Positions 38,241-60,965 of a stretch of 64,000 bases of DNA are shown in pieces. Below the pieces are notes generated by a model, which was given only the letters and a program-made list of their open reading frames with translations, was not told where the DNA came from and ran no database searches. Every line of letters begins with the position of its first letter. Positions within the stretch are counted from its first letter, which is position 1. Position numbers and translations under genes: made by a program. The DNA is from the human T2T-CHM13v2.0 reference genome, Homo sapiens. The stretch lies in the NCBI RefSeq assembly GCF_009914755.1, contig NC_060927.1; one strand, written 5' to 3'.

Positions 38241-40527
38241 CCCATCTGTTCTTTGTTTCCTTTTATTCTCTTTTTCTATTTTCTTTCTTTTCTTTTTTTT
38301 CTTTTGTTTGAGACAGAGTCACTGTGTCACCCAGGCTGGAGTGCAATGGTATGATCTCGGCTCATTGCAATTTCTGCTTTCTGGGTTCAAGCGATTCTTG
38401 TGTCCAGCCTCCCACGTAGCTGGGATTATAGGCACACACCACCATGCCTGGCACATTTTTTGTATTTTTAGTAGAGATGGAGTTTCATCATGTTGGCCAG
38501 GCTGGTCTCGAACTCTTGGCCTCGAGTGATCTGCCCACCTCAGCTTCTCAAAGGGCTGGGATTACATGCATGAGCCACCGTGCCTGGCTCTTTTTTTTCC
38601 TATTTTCCATAGGATTAATGGTGTGTAAATATCAGGCATCGTTCTTTTCAGTCTTTCCAAATGATCCTTTCTCTGGCCTTGGTTAGTTTTCCCACACCCA
38701 TGTACTGATCTGTATTTTGTTGAATACTCTAAAGGGACCTTCTGCTGATAATTGAGATTCCATCTCTATGCAGCCCTCTCCTCTCTGGCATTCTGTCCTA
38801 TAAACTCAAGCTGCCTTGGTCTCTTCAGACTCTACAAGGAAATATGCCAGGTTCTGCCTCAGTTCCCCCTTCCTGTGTTGCAGCCTGGAAATTCCTCAGG
38901 GTAGTAGCTTAGGGAATTATAGGGCTCACTTCTTTTCTTTCCTGTTTCTCAGGGATTGTTGTCGTTTTTTGCATGATATCTTGAAAATTGTTTTATATAA
39001 TTTGTCTGGTTATTTTGTTTCAGGCAGGAGGGGAAATCCAGCCCCTGTGATTCCACCTAGATAAGAACTGGAAGTTTTCCCTTAGCATTTTTTTTTTTTT
39101 GAGACAGTCCCACTGTCACCCATGCCAGAGTACAGTAGCACGATCACGGCTCACTGTAGCCTCAACCTCCCCTAGGCTCAGGTGATCCTCCCACCTCAGT
39201 CTCCCGAGTAGCTGGGAGCACCACCTTGCATGGCTAATTTTTGCATATTTTGTAGAGACGGGGTTTCACCATGTTGCCCAGGCTGGTCTCGAACTTCTGA
39301 GCTGAAGCAATCTTCTCACCTTGGCCTCCCAAGGGGCTGGGATTACAGGTGTAATCTGTAATCCCTGCATTTTCAAAAACATTACCCTTTTACTTTTGGT
39401 GTTTAGTCTGTTGCCATCTCGACTTCCCAGTCTTCGTGTGTGTTGTTTTTCCTTCTCTGAAAGCCTGTAGGATCTGTTGTGTATTCTCATTTTTCTGAGA
39501 TGTCTCAGTTACATGCCTATGTGTAGATATTTTTCATTCATTGTCCTAAATACTTTGTTGGTCCTTCCTTCTCTATGTTGCTTTTAAGGAGATAGAATAT
39601 TTTACCAAGTTATAAACAACAGTGCACATTTACAAAATCCTTAGCTCATCCTTAGTTCTGTGGTGTGAATTGGGCCCCTTTTTGTTTGCTTCCCCTTCTG
39701 CCAGAAGTTGAGTTTCATCTTTGTCTGCTTTTCTAGTCTAGTTATCATTCATTCTCTTTCTGCCTTCTAAAATTCTGTTTATACCTCTAGTTGGCTTTGA
39801 TTCTTCTCTCTCTCTCTTTTTTTTGAGACAGGGTCTCACTCTGTCACCCAGGCTGGCGTACAGTGGTGCAAACACAGCTCACTGCAGCCTCGACCTCCCC
39901 GAGCTCAGGTGATCCTCCCATCTCAACCTCCCAGGTAGCTGGGACTACAGGCATGCACCACCACACTTGGCGAATTTTTGTATTTTTTGTAGAGACGGGA
40001 TTTCACCCTGTTGGCAACATCGCCAGGCTGGTCTCAAGCCATCCGCCTGCCTTGGCCTCCCAAAGTGCTAGGATTACAGGCGTGAGCCACTGTGCCCAGC
40101 CTGCTTTGACTCTTCTCTTGGGCTATTATGTTACTATCACTTTAATGGGGTTAGGGAGAGAGTGAAGATCAGTACAAAAGTGTTATTCACTGTGTTTATA
40201 CAGATGTCCCCTGTGCATGTGCACACAAAACCCACACTGGGGAAAGGAGCCCAGAGGAACAGATGGGCACACAGAGCAGGGCACAGTGGAGGCAAGCAGA
40301 GATCAGCAGATGAAAATAGAGCTGTTTGCTGGGGATGACCACAAAGGGGTGCAATGACCCTTGGACTCCCCTGTTGGTGCGGGCAAAGATGGCTGAGGGC
40401 TGGCCTCATGGTGGAGTGCTGGATAACTGTCCTTGGCAATACCACTAGACCCAGTAGATCTCTGCCCCACTACTTAGCCTGACCCTCTGCCCTCACACAG
40501 GGTTTGAGCAGGAACTTGTTGTTTTAG

Positions 40528-40755
<228 letters not shown>

Positions 40756-40758
40756 TGA

Positions 40759-41085
<327 letters not shown>

Positions 41086-41459
41086 TGAGCTGCCTGGAAG
41101 TTTCTGGGTGGAGAGAGCCCTGCGTTCCCAGGTTTTGAAATCACCTGTCCCTCCAACCCTGGGAGGGGCTGTACCCAAAACATGGGGGGGAAAGGAGCTC
41201 TTGGGAGCACAGCAAAGCCCCTTGTGTCTTCCAAGTTCTCTGAAGAAAACTTGAGATTCCCTTATGTGAGCGTGGGATTATTCTGGGACTCTGTGCCACT
41301 TTGTGGGAAATTTCTGTCCTCCAGCAGCATAGATTAAGTTTCTCCCTGACTCACCTTGTCTCTCACTACCTGGCTCAGCAGATAAAGATAAAGGGGGCTG
41401 CAAGAGGATCCTGGTTCCTGATTCCCCTTACCTTTTCCTGTTTCTTTCTCCCTGGGCAG

Positions 41460-41573
41460 CATTCCCATTCACCACGCCTGTTCTGGTCTCCCAGCTGGAG
41501 CAAGGGGAACTGCCATGGGGCCTCGATCCCTGGGAACCTATGGGCAGGGAGGCTCTCAGAGGTATCTGTCCAG
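41460..41573 (+). CDS. ZNF620: ZNF620 KRAB-B exon (114 nt)
   Basis: AFPFTTPVLVSQLEQGELPWGLDPWEPMGREALRGICP; GGCAG| acceptor and |GTGAGC donor. Confidence 0.93.
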
Positions 41574-42188
41574 GTGAGCATGAGAACCCACTAGCTGCCT
41601 TTTTGGCTTGGCTTGCTTTCTTGTTTTCACATTTCATTGTGCAAGAAGTGTTTCTTCTCTTGGGAGACTGTTTTTGTTCCTGTGGAATCATTACATGTGA
41701 TTCTCTGAGTTCATGGTGGTAGCCTACCTCAACTGGGGAAGGGCCAGTCTCTTTTAAGACAGGAATGACTGTAAGATTTCTTTGCATATTCGTCTTTGCC
41801 TGTCCTCCTCACAACCTGCCAAGGGAGACTGTCTGATTGGGCAGCACTTAAACCAGCTCATTTCTTCTCTGTCACATGAAAACATTTTATTTTTCTGCCA
41901 GTTTGTTTTTGCAAAGATGAGGATGTCAGCCACCTTTGGAGGAAAATAGGCTTCTGGCAACATGGCTGGCCATCTGCATATCATAGGCTACATTGTTTAA
42001 GCACTGACTTAAAGAATAAAAAGTTTGTTTTTATAATGGAAATTTTCAAATATATGCAAACACCAGCATAATGCACTCCATGTATCCTTCATCCAGCTTC
42101 AACAGTCACAAATATCCTTTGATTCTTATTTCATCTTTCCCCCACAGATACTTAAAAAAATTTCTGAAGCAAAATTTATTGTAAATTA

Positions 42189-42534
<346 letters not shown>

Positions 42535-42578
42535 TTAGCATGGACGTGGTAGCACGTGCCTGTAATCCTAGCTACTCA

Positions 42579-43810
<1,232 letters not shown>

Positions 43811-44824
43811 CTATCTCAAAAATAAATAAATACATAAAACATAGTATATTTTTTAATCTTTCTTATTCTGCTTCACCCATTCTCTGCCTGTGAAAATTTT
43901 CTGTGCTCTTCTGCAGAGAATGCCCATTACTGATCCACCCCCAAGTCTTGAGTTTAAGTTGTACCTTTCTGGATGTGACCTCAGGACCCTACGTCATCTG
44001 AGTAAAAATATTTTCTGAACAATTTTTTGTGAATGCATGCAGGCTGAAGATTTTACTTAGTCTGCAAAAGGTTTTGATAGTGGAGGGAATATTTCTCTTT
44101 GGTTTTCCCTTATTATCATGTGAGTTTAGTAGTTCACTTTTCAAACTGTTATATTAAACAAATGCACAACCTATGAGACCTTTTAGGAAAAATGGCAAGC
44201 ATCATTACCAGGCCCTCTTTGGGACTTACATTCACTCTTGGAAGAGTTCTTCACATTTCCAGTGCTTTTTGGTTTTAAAGGCAAGCCTCCAAACCTTCCT
44301 TTCTCCTGGATGCTGTGGTGGTTGCCATGCATGGCATCCTCAACCACTGCATGGGAGCCTGCTGCTTTACTAGAGCCAGCTTGATGGTAGAGATCAGCTC
44401 TCTTTTCAAGGTTATGACATGCATGATGTCTTTTAACAAGCATCTCTTAAGGAATCTCAGCCTGTGGGACCTGTTGTAGTGCTTGAACTGCTCAGCCTGC
44501 CCCTTCTCTAATCTTGGGAGTCTTCCTCTCACTTATGGATTTCCATTTGTTACTTTTTTTATGTTTGCATCTTTATCCACCTCATTCATTTTTCTCTTAG
44601 TCTTTCTGCCCTAATTAACAGTCTTTGCAGTTTTCTGGTTTTCACACTGTTTATGGGAATGCCTCCTGGCCTTGCTTCCCTCCCGTCTCATAGAGTTTTC
44701 ATGTCCCTTGCAGGGCTCTGTTGTGTGGTGATCTTAGGCAGCCATCTTGTGAGCATATTAGAAAATATCCATATATTCAGGGCAAATTAGAACCACTTGA
44801 TTCTGTTTCTTCTTCAGCACAGAT

Positions 44825-44826
<2 letters not shown>

Positions 44827-44864
<38 letters not shown>
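44827..44864. repeat. (TG)19 microsatellite
   Basis: Read directly. Confidence 0.95.
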
Positions 44865-44865
<1 letters not shown>

Positions 44866-44903
44866 TATCAGGGACTGACATTTGTATTTTCTTTTTGTGA
44901 TAG

Positions 44904-45907
44904 GGGATGAGGCCAGAACTGAGAAGGAAGGATTAACTCCAAAGGATCATGTGTCCAAAGAAACAGAGTCCTTCAGACTGATGGTGGGGGGCCTGCCAGG
45001 GAATGTTTCCCAGCACCTTGACTTTGGGAGCAGCCTAGAGCAGCCACAAGGTCATTGGATAATTAAGACAAAGTCAAAGAGGAGACATTTCACAGATACC
45101 TCAGCCAGGCACCATGAGGCCTATGAGGTCAAGAATGGAGAGAAGTTTGAGAAATTAGGAAAAAATATTAGCGTCAGCACACAACTCACTACAAATCAGA
45201 CAAATCCTAGTGGTCAGATATCTTATGAATGTGGACAATGTGGCAGATATTTCATTCAAATGGCAGACTTCCACCGACATGAGAAATGTCACACTGGTGA
45301 AAAGTCTTTTGAATGCAAAGAATGTGGAAAATACTTCAGATATAACTCATTACTTATTCGGCATCAGATAATTCACACTGGAAAGAAACCATTTAAATGT
45401 AAAGAATGTGGAAAAGGTTTAAGTTCAGACACAGCCTTGATTCAGCATCAGAGAATCCACACTGGAGAAAAGCCCTATGAATGTAAGGAGTGCGGCAAGG
45501 CCTTCAGTAGCAGCTCTGTCTTCCTCCAGCACCAGAGGTTCCACACTGGGGAGAAGCTCTATGAATGTAACGAATGTTGGAAAACTTTCAGTTGCAGCTC
45601 AAGTTTCACTGTCCATCAGCGAATGCACACTGGGGAGAAACCTTATGAATGTAAAGAGTGTGGAAAACGATTAAGCTCCAACACAGCCTTGACTCAGCAT
45701 CAGCGAATTCACACTGGGGAGAAGCCCTTTGAATGTAAGGAGTGTGGGAAGGCATTCAATCAGAAAATAACCCTGATTCAGCACCAGCGAGTTCACACTG
45801 GCGAGAAACCTTATGAGTGTAAAGTGTGTGGTAAAACCTTCAGCTGGTGTGGAAGATTCATTCTGCATCAGAAACTACACACTCAGAAGACACCTGTCCA
45901 AGCATAG
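44904..45907 (+). CDS. ZNF620: ZNF620 zinc-finger exon: spacer plus 8 C2H2 fingers
   Basis: ORF 44882..45907; GATAG| acceptor; 24+127+114+1004 nt gives 422 aa. Confidence 0.95.
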
Positions 45908-46188
45908 GGCTATCCATAGTTAGGCCCACTGTGCCTCTCCTTTTTTCTCTTTATTTTCATGCTTTTTATCAGTGTCCTCGCTGTCCTTCCTGGTTAGACA
46001 CTTGGCTTTCATCATGAACTCTTCTTTAAGTTTTTTGAACCTGTTTCCCCAACATGAAGTCTCTTTATGGTTAGAGAAGACCAAAAAACAAACAAACAAA
46101 CTTAGAAACATAAAAGGAAATGTAAGTTTCCAGATTTAAAGGACATGCTGGGTGCCCAGCAGGATGGATTCAAGGGAAACCTACATTA

Positions 46189-46617
<429 letters not shown>

Positions 46618-47809
46618 TTAGATTTTTCAACAGCAACCTTCAAAGTCAGATGACAATGTGTATGCCTTCAGACTTCTCATGGAAAATGTTTTCCCCTGCA
46701 ATTCTATACTCCAAAGTATAAGTATAGAATAAAGGCATTTCAGACCCTTTAAATCTGAAATCTTTATCTCCCATGCATCCTTTCTCATATGTGCAACACT
46801 ACACAAGGAGTAAACCAGTAAATAAAAAGACAGATATATGGATTCCCTATTGCAGTCCGTACGTCAGAAGTCTCCTAAATTCAAAAACGGGCCCTGTCCA
46901 TGTGGAGCCAAATGCATCTTGGAAGACATTCCTAGTAGGGTGCAAACTTCCAGAGACCTATCTCAGGTTCAGTGTCCACCCACCCTACTTATTCTTCAGT
47001 TTGTCTTCACTAGACAGTTGTACTCTGTGCCTTTGCAAAAGTCAGGATGTATATACTCTTTGAGTCAGGTGCAAGGCACCATTTGTCTTAAATTTATTCT
47101 CATTGCTGTTTCAAGTGACCTCAAAGCAGGCAGCATTTTCTTGCAATTCCATCTAGTTATTTTTTATGATCATGGAAGAACCTACCATTATTGCTGTTAC
47201 CTGTGGAAATGAGGGAAGATGTAAATGTGTTAGGTTTTAGCATCCCCTCTGGCAGCCAGCTTGATTTTGCAGGAAGCAGAGAGTAGTGATTAATAATACA
47301 GAGCCAGGCAGACTTTGGTTTGAGTCCAGGTGTTTGTCCTTGGTTAAGTTACAAAAACTGCACTAGTTTCCTTATCTGTAAAATGAGGATGACAGTTAAT
47401 CTACCTCATAGGTTTGTGTTGGGGATTAAATGCATTATTTGTAGAAGTGTTTCAAACAGTGACTACATATAATAAAAGTATTACCTATTATTGGCCGGGC
47501 ACAGTGGCTCATGCCTGTAATCCCAGCACTTTGGGAGGCTGAGGTGGGCAGATCACAAGGTCAGGAGATCAAGACCATCCTGCTAACACACTGAAACCCT
47601 GTCTCTACTAAAAGTACAAAAAATTAGCTGGGCGTGGGGTGACATGTGCCTGTAGTCCCAGCTACTTGGGAGGCTGAGGCAGGAGCCCAGGGAGGCAGAG
47701 GTTGCAGTGAGCCAAGATCATGCCACTGCACTCCAGTCTGGGCGACAGATTGAGACTCCGTCTCAAAAAAAAAAAAAAAAAATTTTTACCTATTATTATA
47801 ATCCTATTG

Positions 47810-50695
<2,886 letters not shown>

Positions 50696-51353
50696 GGGTG
50701 GGGATAGTGTGTTTTTAGGGAAAGCTAATCTCTCTGGCATTGATCAGGTGAGAGACATTCAGCTCCAGAGAGTTTAATTTTGCTGTTAGGTGAACCGACT
50801 CACAATTGCAAAGTCTGAAGTTTCCCATATCTTTTGGTTCACTTTTGCCCTTTAGCTTCCTCTAGGCAGCACTGCCTATAGTTTGCTTCTGTTGAGGCTG
50901 TTCTGGAAAAGAATGGGCCTCTTGTAGCATGGTCCCAATTTTCTCCTCTGACTGCTCATGATTCCTGTCATGGTTCCAACCTGGGGATTTTAGGCACTTA
51001 GTCTTGCCTACCAAAACTTTCATCTCTTCTCTCTGCACCATAATACCAAATGGAGGAGTTACATGTCCAATCTTGTTCCCTCTAGTTAATTCAAATTAGA
51101 ACTAATTGTAATAACTGTCTGATACTCTAGAGTTTGTGGTGTAAAAATGTGTACATGTATGTACACCAATATATGTGTGTCCATTTCTCTAGATTCATGG
51201 TAGATACTCTTTTTGATAGGCTTAGAGAAGGGGCAGTGTATAAATATATGTTCTAATGCTATTGTTCTTGGAAATCTAATTCATCTATTTAAAACAATTG
51301 TGCTTCATAAATGTTACAATAAAAGTACTATAGATTATAGAAAGGACTGTTTC

Positions 51354-52282
<929 letters not shown>

Positions 52283-52523
52283 GATACTCTCCATAATAGG
52301 ACTTCATAAGTCAGTCTAATTCTTAAGAAAGGAATAACAAATCCAAGAAGTGGGACCCCTGTAATAAAGCAATATATCTAGATATCCAGGATCATTTTTT
52401 ATCTTTTAGTGGTGGGAGACCAATTCCCCTTTATAGCATGGAAATGCTTGGTGGTGAGGAGCCTGGTATCTGGAACTGTGTTCAGGAGAAGTTATCAGCG
52501 TGATTAAAGTAAAACAAAGTCTG

Positions 52524-53063
<540 letters not shown>

Positions 53064-53659
53064 CTAAAATTATGTAAATTAATGGCAAGTACTTGTTAGT
53101 GACTTGGGACTTTGGTCAAAAAACAGTCTTTTCCTTTCCTGAATATGAAAAATAAGTTCTTTTAATTAGCAGCCTCCCCTCTTCACTGTTTTTTCTTCCT
53201 GCAGTCCAACTAACAGAACAGACCATAAAGGTCTGTCCAGATCATTATTTATGGAAGTATGAGATATATATATTTCAGCTGGTGTTAACATTTTATTTAA
53301 GTGCCAGTTACTGAGCAGAAAAATAGCTGTAACTACGAGTTTTTGTAATTTATTGGAAAAAGCTAAATATAAGACATTTAGGGTGTCCTCCCAAAGTCAA
53401 CACAGGACAAGATCATTTAATATAGGACATGTCCTGTGTATACAGGATGCCTAGCAACTGTATGTAGCCACGGGTGTTTTGGTTGTTAAATGAATCTGTC
53501 CTAAAAGGTTCTACGCACATCTAGGTCCTTGGAAGGGAGAGGGCTAAAACGGCGAGTGGAAACCATGGTTTCCCTGAGGACTGCCCAGCTGAGGACCCAA
53601 GCAAGATCCTGGGCTTGGGCCTCTTAGAGATGACAAAGCAGGCGCCATTCTCCCCTCAC

Positions 53660-54450
53660 CTGCACGGCCCAGGCTTCAGGTGAGCCACGGGGCCAAGGCG
53701 GCCAACAGCTGAGGCGCAGCCCGTGAACTGGGGGCCCACTTGTGCCTAGAGGGCGAGGTCTCGGTAGAGCCAGGCTGTATCAGTCCGTGACACTCCAGCC
53801 AGAGGCGATGCCGACGGCTGCCGGAGAAAGCCGGGCTTAGAGCGCCACAGTTCCACGCCCGCCGCCGGCCTCTCAGCCCAGCCGGTCGCCGCAACCTCGC
53901 CTCTTCCGCAGGGCGGGGCCAGCCATGAAAGGCGGGGCGGGTCTGGCCACGGGGCGACCGAGATGGCGGCCTCCGGGGGCCTAGAGGGACCCTGGGCGTG
54001 CACTCGCCCTTCCGGCTCGGCCTTTAGTTAGTGACCAGCTCCTCGGCGTTCTGCAGAGCGTGGGTTTCAGCGAGTTCTACGTGCCAGGTCCGCCCGGTGC
54101 CGGCTTCCTCGCTGCCCCTGGCGGCTCGTCAGCCCCCACTACCCCTGAACTTGGTCCCAATGGCGGCCCGCCCCTCCTTCACCCGGACCGTGGGCATCTG
54201 GGCCTCGCCGAAGCCGTCAAGGTGGCTGCTCGGGCTTCTAGAGCCCGTGTCCAGCCCTTTGCCACCGAGGCCTGATCCTCTTTTCTGCCCTAAAGAACTT
54301 GCCCTGACAGCCTCTGGCTCCCGGTACTGACGTTTCTGATGTTTGGGGTTGCCTGTTTTCTTGGGTGGAGTGTTAAGATCACGGTTGGGTGGGGTCTCCG
54401 GTCAGCATCACCCACTGGGACGCTGAGTATTTTACCCTTAATCCGCATTC
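53660..54450 (+). promoter_or_regulatory. ZNF621: CpG-island promoter and non-coding exon 1 of ZNF621 (predicted donor after 54323)
   Basis: CpG-dense; GC boxes about 53910-53941; YY1-type AGATGGCGGC at 53961-53970; ETS-like CTTCCGG near 54009. Confidence 0.82.
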
Positions 54451-54889
54451 AGCCACCCCAGTCCCTCTTCTCCTGAGGTTCTTTCTTTTGGGTCCACGTC
54501 ATCGTCCCTGTAAGCATTCTGTAAAGACTCTTTACGTTTGTAGAGACCCAACACAATAGGGACAGGGCTCTTGGGTCCCTCAGTTTACCCGTACGAATGG
54601 GCTCAAAAAAAGCTCTTCGGACTGAGCAGGCAGGTGGAAGATTGTCCTGAAGACTAGGCAGAACAATTCATAAGAAGTTTGGGGCTATCAGCGTGAGAAC
54701 AATTAGAGGGAGTCCTAGTAGAATCTCCGTGCATCCAGTGCTGGAAATGTGGAAACTGGGAGGGCCATAGGTTGCTGTAGGTGGTGGACGACAGGGTCCT
54801 TAGCACTCATGGCTCTTTTTCTCTTAGCTCTTGAGGATCTTGCTTGTCCAAACCCAGAAGACAGTGCATGAAGCCAGGGGACATCCGCC

Positions 54890-54913
54890 ATGCTCCAAAC
54901 AACTTGGCCTCAG
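54890..54913 (+). CDS. ZNF621: ZNF621 first coding segment MLQTTWPQ (exon 54828-54913)
   Basis: CCGCCATG context; CTTAG| acceptor; CAG|GTGAGC donor. Confidence 0.92.
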
Positions 54914-55404
54914 GTGAGCTGAGCTTCTTTCAGTTTTTTTGTTTGTTTGTTTATGTTTTTTTACTCACATTAGCTATCAGATAATCAGGAAAGGATGAGG
55001 AAGGCCTAACTTGGCCAAGCTGTGTTTTCCCCTTTGTATCTATCTCCAGGGCTATGGCAGATGTAAATATGTGCTGGGGAAATGAAAGTTTTGTGTATAG
55101 AGAGTGATGAGTTTGGATGTATAGATTTAAATGGAAGAAAGGGGACCTATACCAAGAAATTCTTTCTGAATGTGGAAATCCAGATCGTGTTCTAGAAATG
55201 AAAGTCACCTACTGAAATCAGACTCATTTTTTGTGAGACGGAGTCTCACTCTGTCGCCCAAGCTGGAGTGTAGTGGCACTATGATATCGGCTCACTGCAG
55301 CCTCTGCCTCCTGGGTTCAAGTGATTCCCATACCTCAGCCTCCTAAGTAGCTGGGATTACAGATGTGCGCCGCCACGTGTGGCTAATTTTTGTATTTTTA
55401 GTAG

Positions 55405-55584
<180 letters not shown>

Positions 55585-55923
55585 TAGTATTGTTGCTTTA
55601 ATATACATTTTCTAAATGCTAGATGCAAGGACTCTGAAGTTGCAGAGAAAGCTGGATGTACTCTAGAAACTGGAAGGGGTCAGAGAAAGTGGTTCAATAT
55701 GAGATGGAAGAAATAGATACCTGTATTATAGGTCATGGTGAGGACAGTGGTTTCTGTACTGGTTCATTGGGAAGGCACTGAAGAATTTTAAGCAGGGGGA
55801 TGACATGGTTGGATTTACATATTAAAAAGATTTTCCTAGCCCTTAGTGGCAAATTGATGGTAGAAAGGTGTTGGTCAATTAAGAAGATATTAAGTGTTGT
55901 CCTTTTATTTTTTTTGTTTTTGA

Positions 55924-56292
<369 letters not shown>

Positions 56293-56383
56293 TGACCTCA
56301 GGTGATCCGCCTGCCTCAGCCTCCCAAAGTGTTGGGATTACAGGCGTGAGCCACTGTGCCTGGCAAGTGTTGTCCATTTTTAA

Positions 56384-58000
<1,617 letters not shown>

Positions 58001-58027
58001 GTGTTATCCTTTTAAAATACAGTTTAA

Positions 58028-58522
<495 letters not shown>

Positions 58523-58718
58523 TAACAGTTTGCTATCTTCCTCAGATGTTTTGGGGATTCTAGTAGCCCTTGGGTTTGATGACTTCAGAGGAGAGTTTTG
58601 CAATCAGCAGCCTCCAGAAATACTGGGTAGGGAAATCCTTGGTTCTCTTTGTTTTTTGTTTGTTTGTTTGTTTTGTTTGTTTGTTTGTTTTGAGACAGAG
58701 TCTCGCTCTGTCACCTAG

Positions 58719-58850
<132 letters not shown>

Positions 58851-59259
58851 TGAAATTAGACTTCCTTATACTCCAGGAACAGTGTGGTCCTGGGCCCTGA
58901 GGGAAAGCATTCTTTCTGGCACCCTAAGTGAGCCCTTTGTTCCTTTGTCCATCCAGTTTTCTGGGGATGTTGGCCCTCCCTTTGTGGAAGGTTCTCCCAG
59001 GGGAGCAGTAGGTACATTTTTCCTGAGGGAGTTTGCCTTCTTCTGAGTCAGGGCCAGAATGCAGTTTCTTTCTGAGAAGAATCATACCTCCTTGGCTTTA
59101 TCGTGGAGCACAGTTTGGACCTCCTTGTCAGAACTCTCACTTGGTCTGCTGGTGTTCAATTTCTCTCCCAAGTAGCCTGATGGAGGGTGGGCTGAGAAAG
59201 ATCCCAGGAATAGCTCTGGACGTCTCCCCTCAATTTGTCTTTCTCTTTTCTTCATGAAG

Positions 59260-59367
59260 TAGCGTTTCCATTCCCCAAACCTGCTCTGATCTCCCACCTG
59301 GAGAGAGGGGAAGCACCATGGGGCCCAGATCCCTGGGACACCGAGATTCTGAGAGGCATCAGTCAAG
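59260..59367 (+). CDS. ZNF621: ZNF621 KRAB-B exon (NAGNAG acceptor, start 59260 or 59263)
   Basis: VAFPFPKPALISHLERGEAPWGPDPWDTEILRGISQ; AAGTAG acceptor; AAG|GTGAGT donor. Confidence 0.93.
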
Positions 59368-60524
59368 GTGAGTATGAGAATCCAGTGGTGAAGTTTCTTG
59401 TTTTGCCTTCCTGGTTTACTAGGTAAGAAGTGTTTCTTATGCTGCAGGGTACAAATCTCCCAGTTATTTATAAGTCGATACTCACTGTACTCTCTGACCT
59501 CACACTGAGTTCTGACCCTGAGCTTTGAAAGACCACCTCTGGGAGTACATGGCCTCATGCTGTCTGCACATTCATGTGGCTATCCTCCAAGGCAGAAAAG
59601 CTGTGACCCAGTAGCTCCTAAACCACTTCTTTCTTACTTACTGGTGGAAAAGTTTTAATTGTATGCCATTTTTCATTGCAAAGAAGTGGGGTTTCAGCCA
59701 AATTTAAGGAAAATATGATTTTTTGGGGCCAAACTGATTTATTTGTGCTATAGCTATAAATTTTACTTTAGGCCTTCAGCCCTGAAAAGAATGGCTTTAA
59801 TTTGCCTTTTTAGTATCTAAATCACTTAAGAGTTTCATTTGCCATAATCTTTAGATCTACATTATATTTACCATAGATGGGACTGTAGAGGAAAGGGCTA
59901 GGAATATTCTCCCATCATAGCCCCCTACGCACACACATGCATACACACAAACACATGCACACACGCACATGTGCACACACACACCACCTAAAATTTCCCT
60001 GAGATGGCTTACCAGTCCTGGAAGGTTTTGTTTACTTGCGTTTCCATTTCTTCAGAAGAAAATTTTCAAGCCTTCTCACACATTTATGCTTTTGTATATA
60101 GTGGTTCCTTTAGCACAGGTACCACAGTGGCTTACAGCTCTCTGATCCAACTTCTGTTCCAGCTGACTTTCTGAAACTAATCATCTTGTATCCCTGAATA
60201 TTGTGTGGGATATTTAAATATAGGATAATTAGGACATTGTTTAGAATTTGGGGTGATTGCCTGGGTTACAGGTAGGGCTTTGGGATCTAGTTTTTTCCTG
60301 GTTTGTGTTTCTCAGTCTGCAAGACCTCTTGTAGTGCTGGAGCTGCTTCTCTATTCTTCCCAGTCTCTCATTCCTTTCTCCTCTTCTGGGTTTCTGTCTC
60401 TCTTTAAACATTTTTCACATTTCTCACTGTTCTTTCTTATTCTCTCCTTCTTTTTTCTTTTTTGTCCCTCCTACCTTCTTTCCTTCTCATTCTTGATTCT
60501 CCTTCTTCCCATCACCTACCTTAG

Positions 60525-60965
<441 letters not shown>

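Noticed and set aside
53676-54003. Minus-strand ORFs in the ZNF621 CpG island (similarly 34929..35358 and 6048..6668)
   Set aside because: Stop-poor GC-rich sequence with no domain-like content
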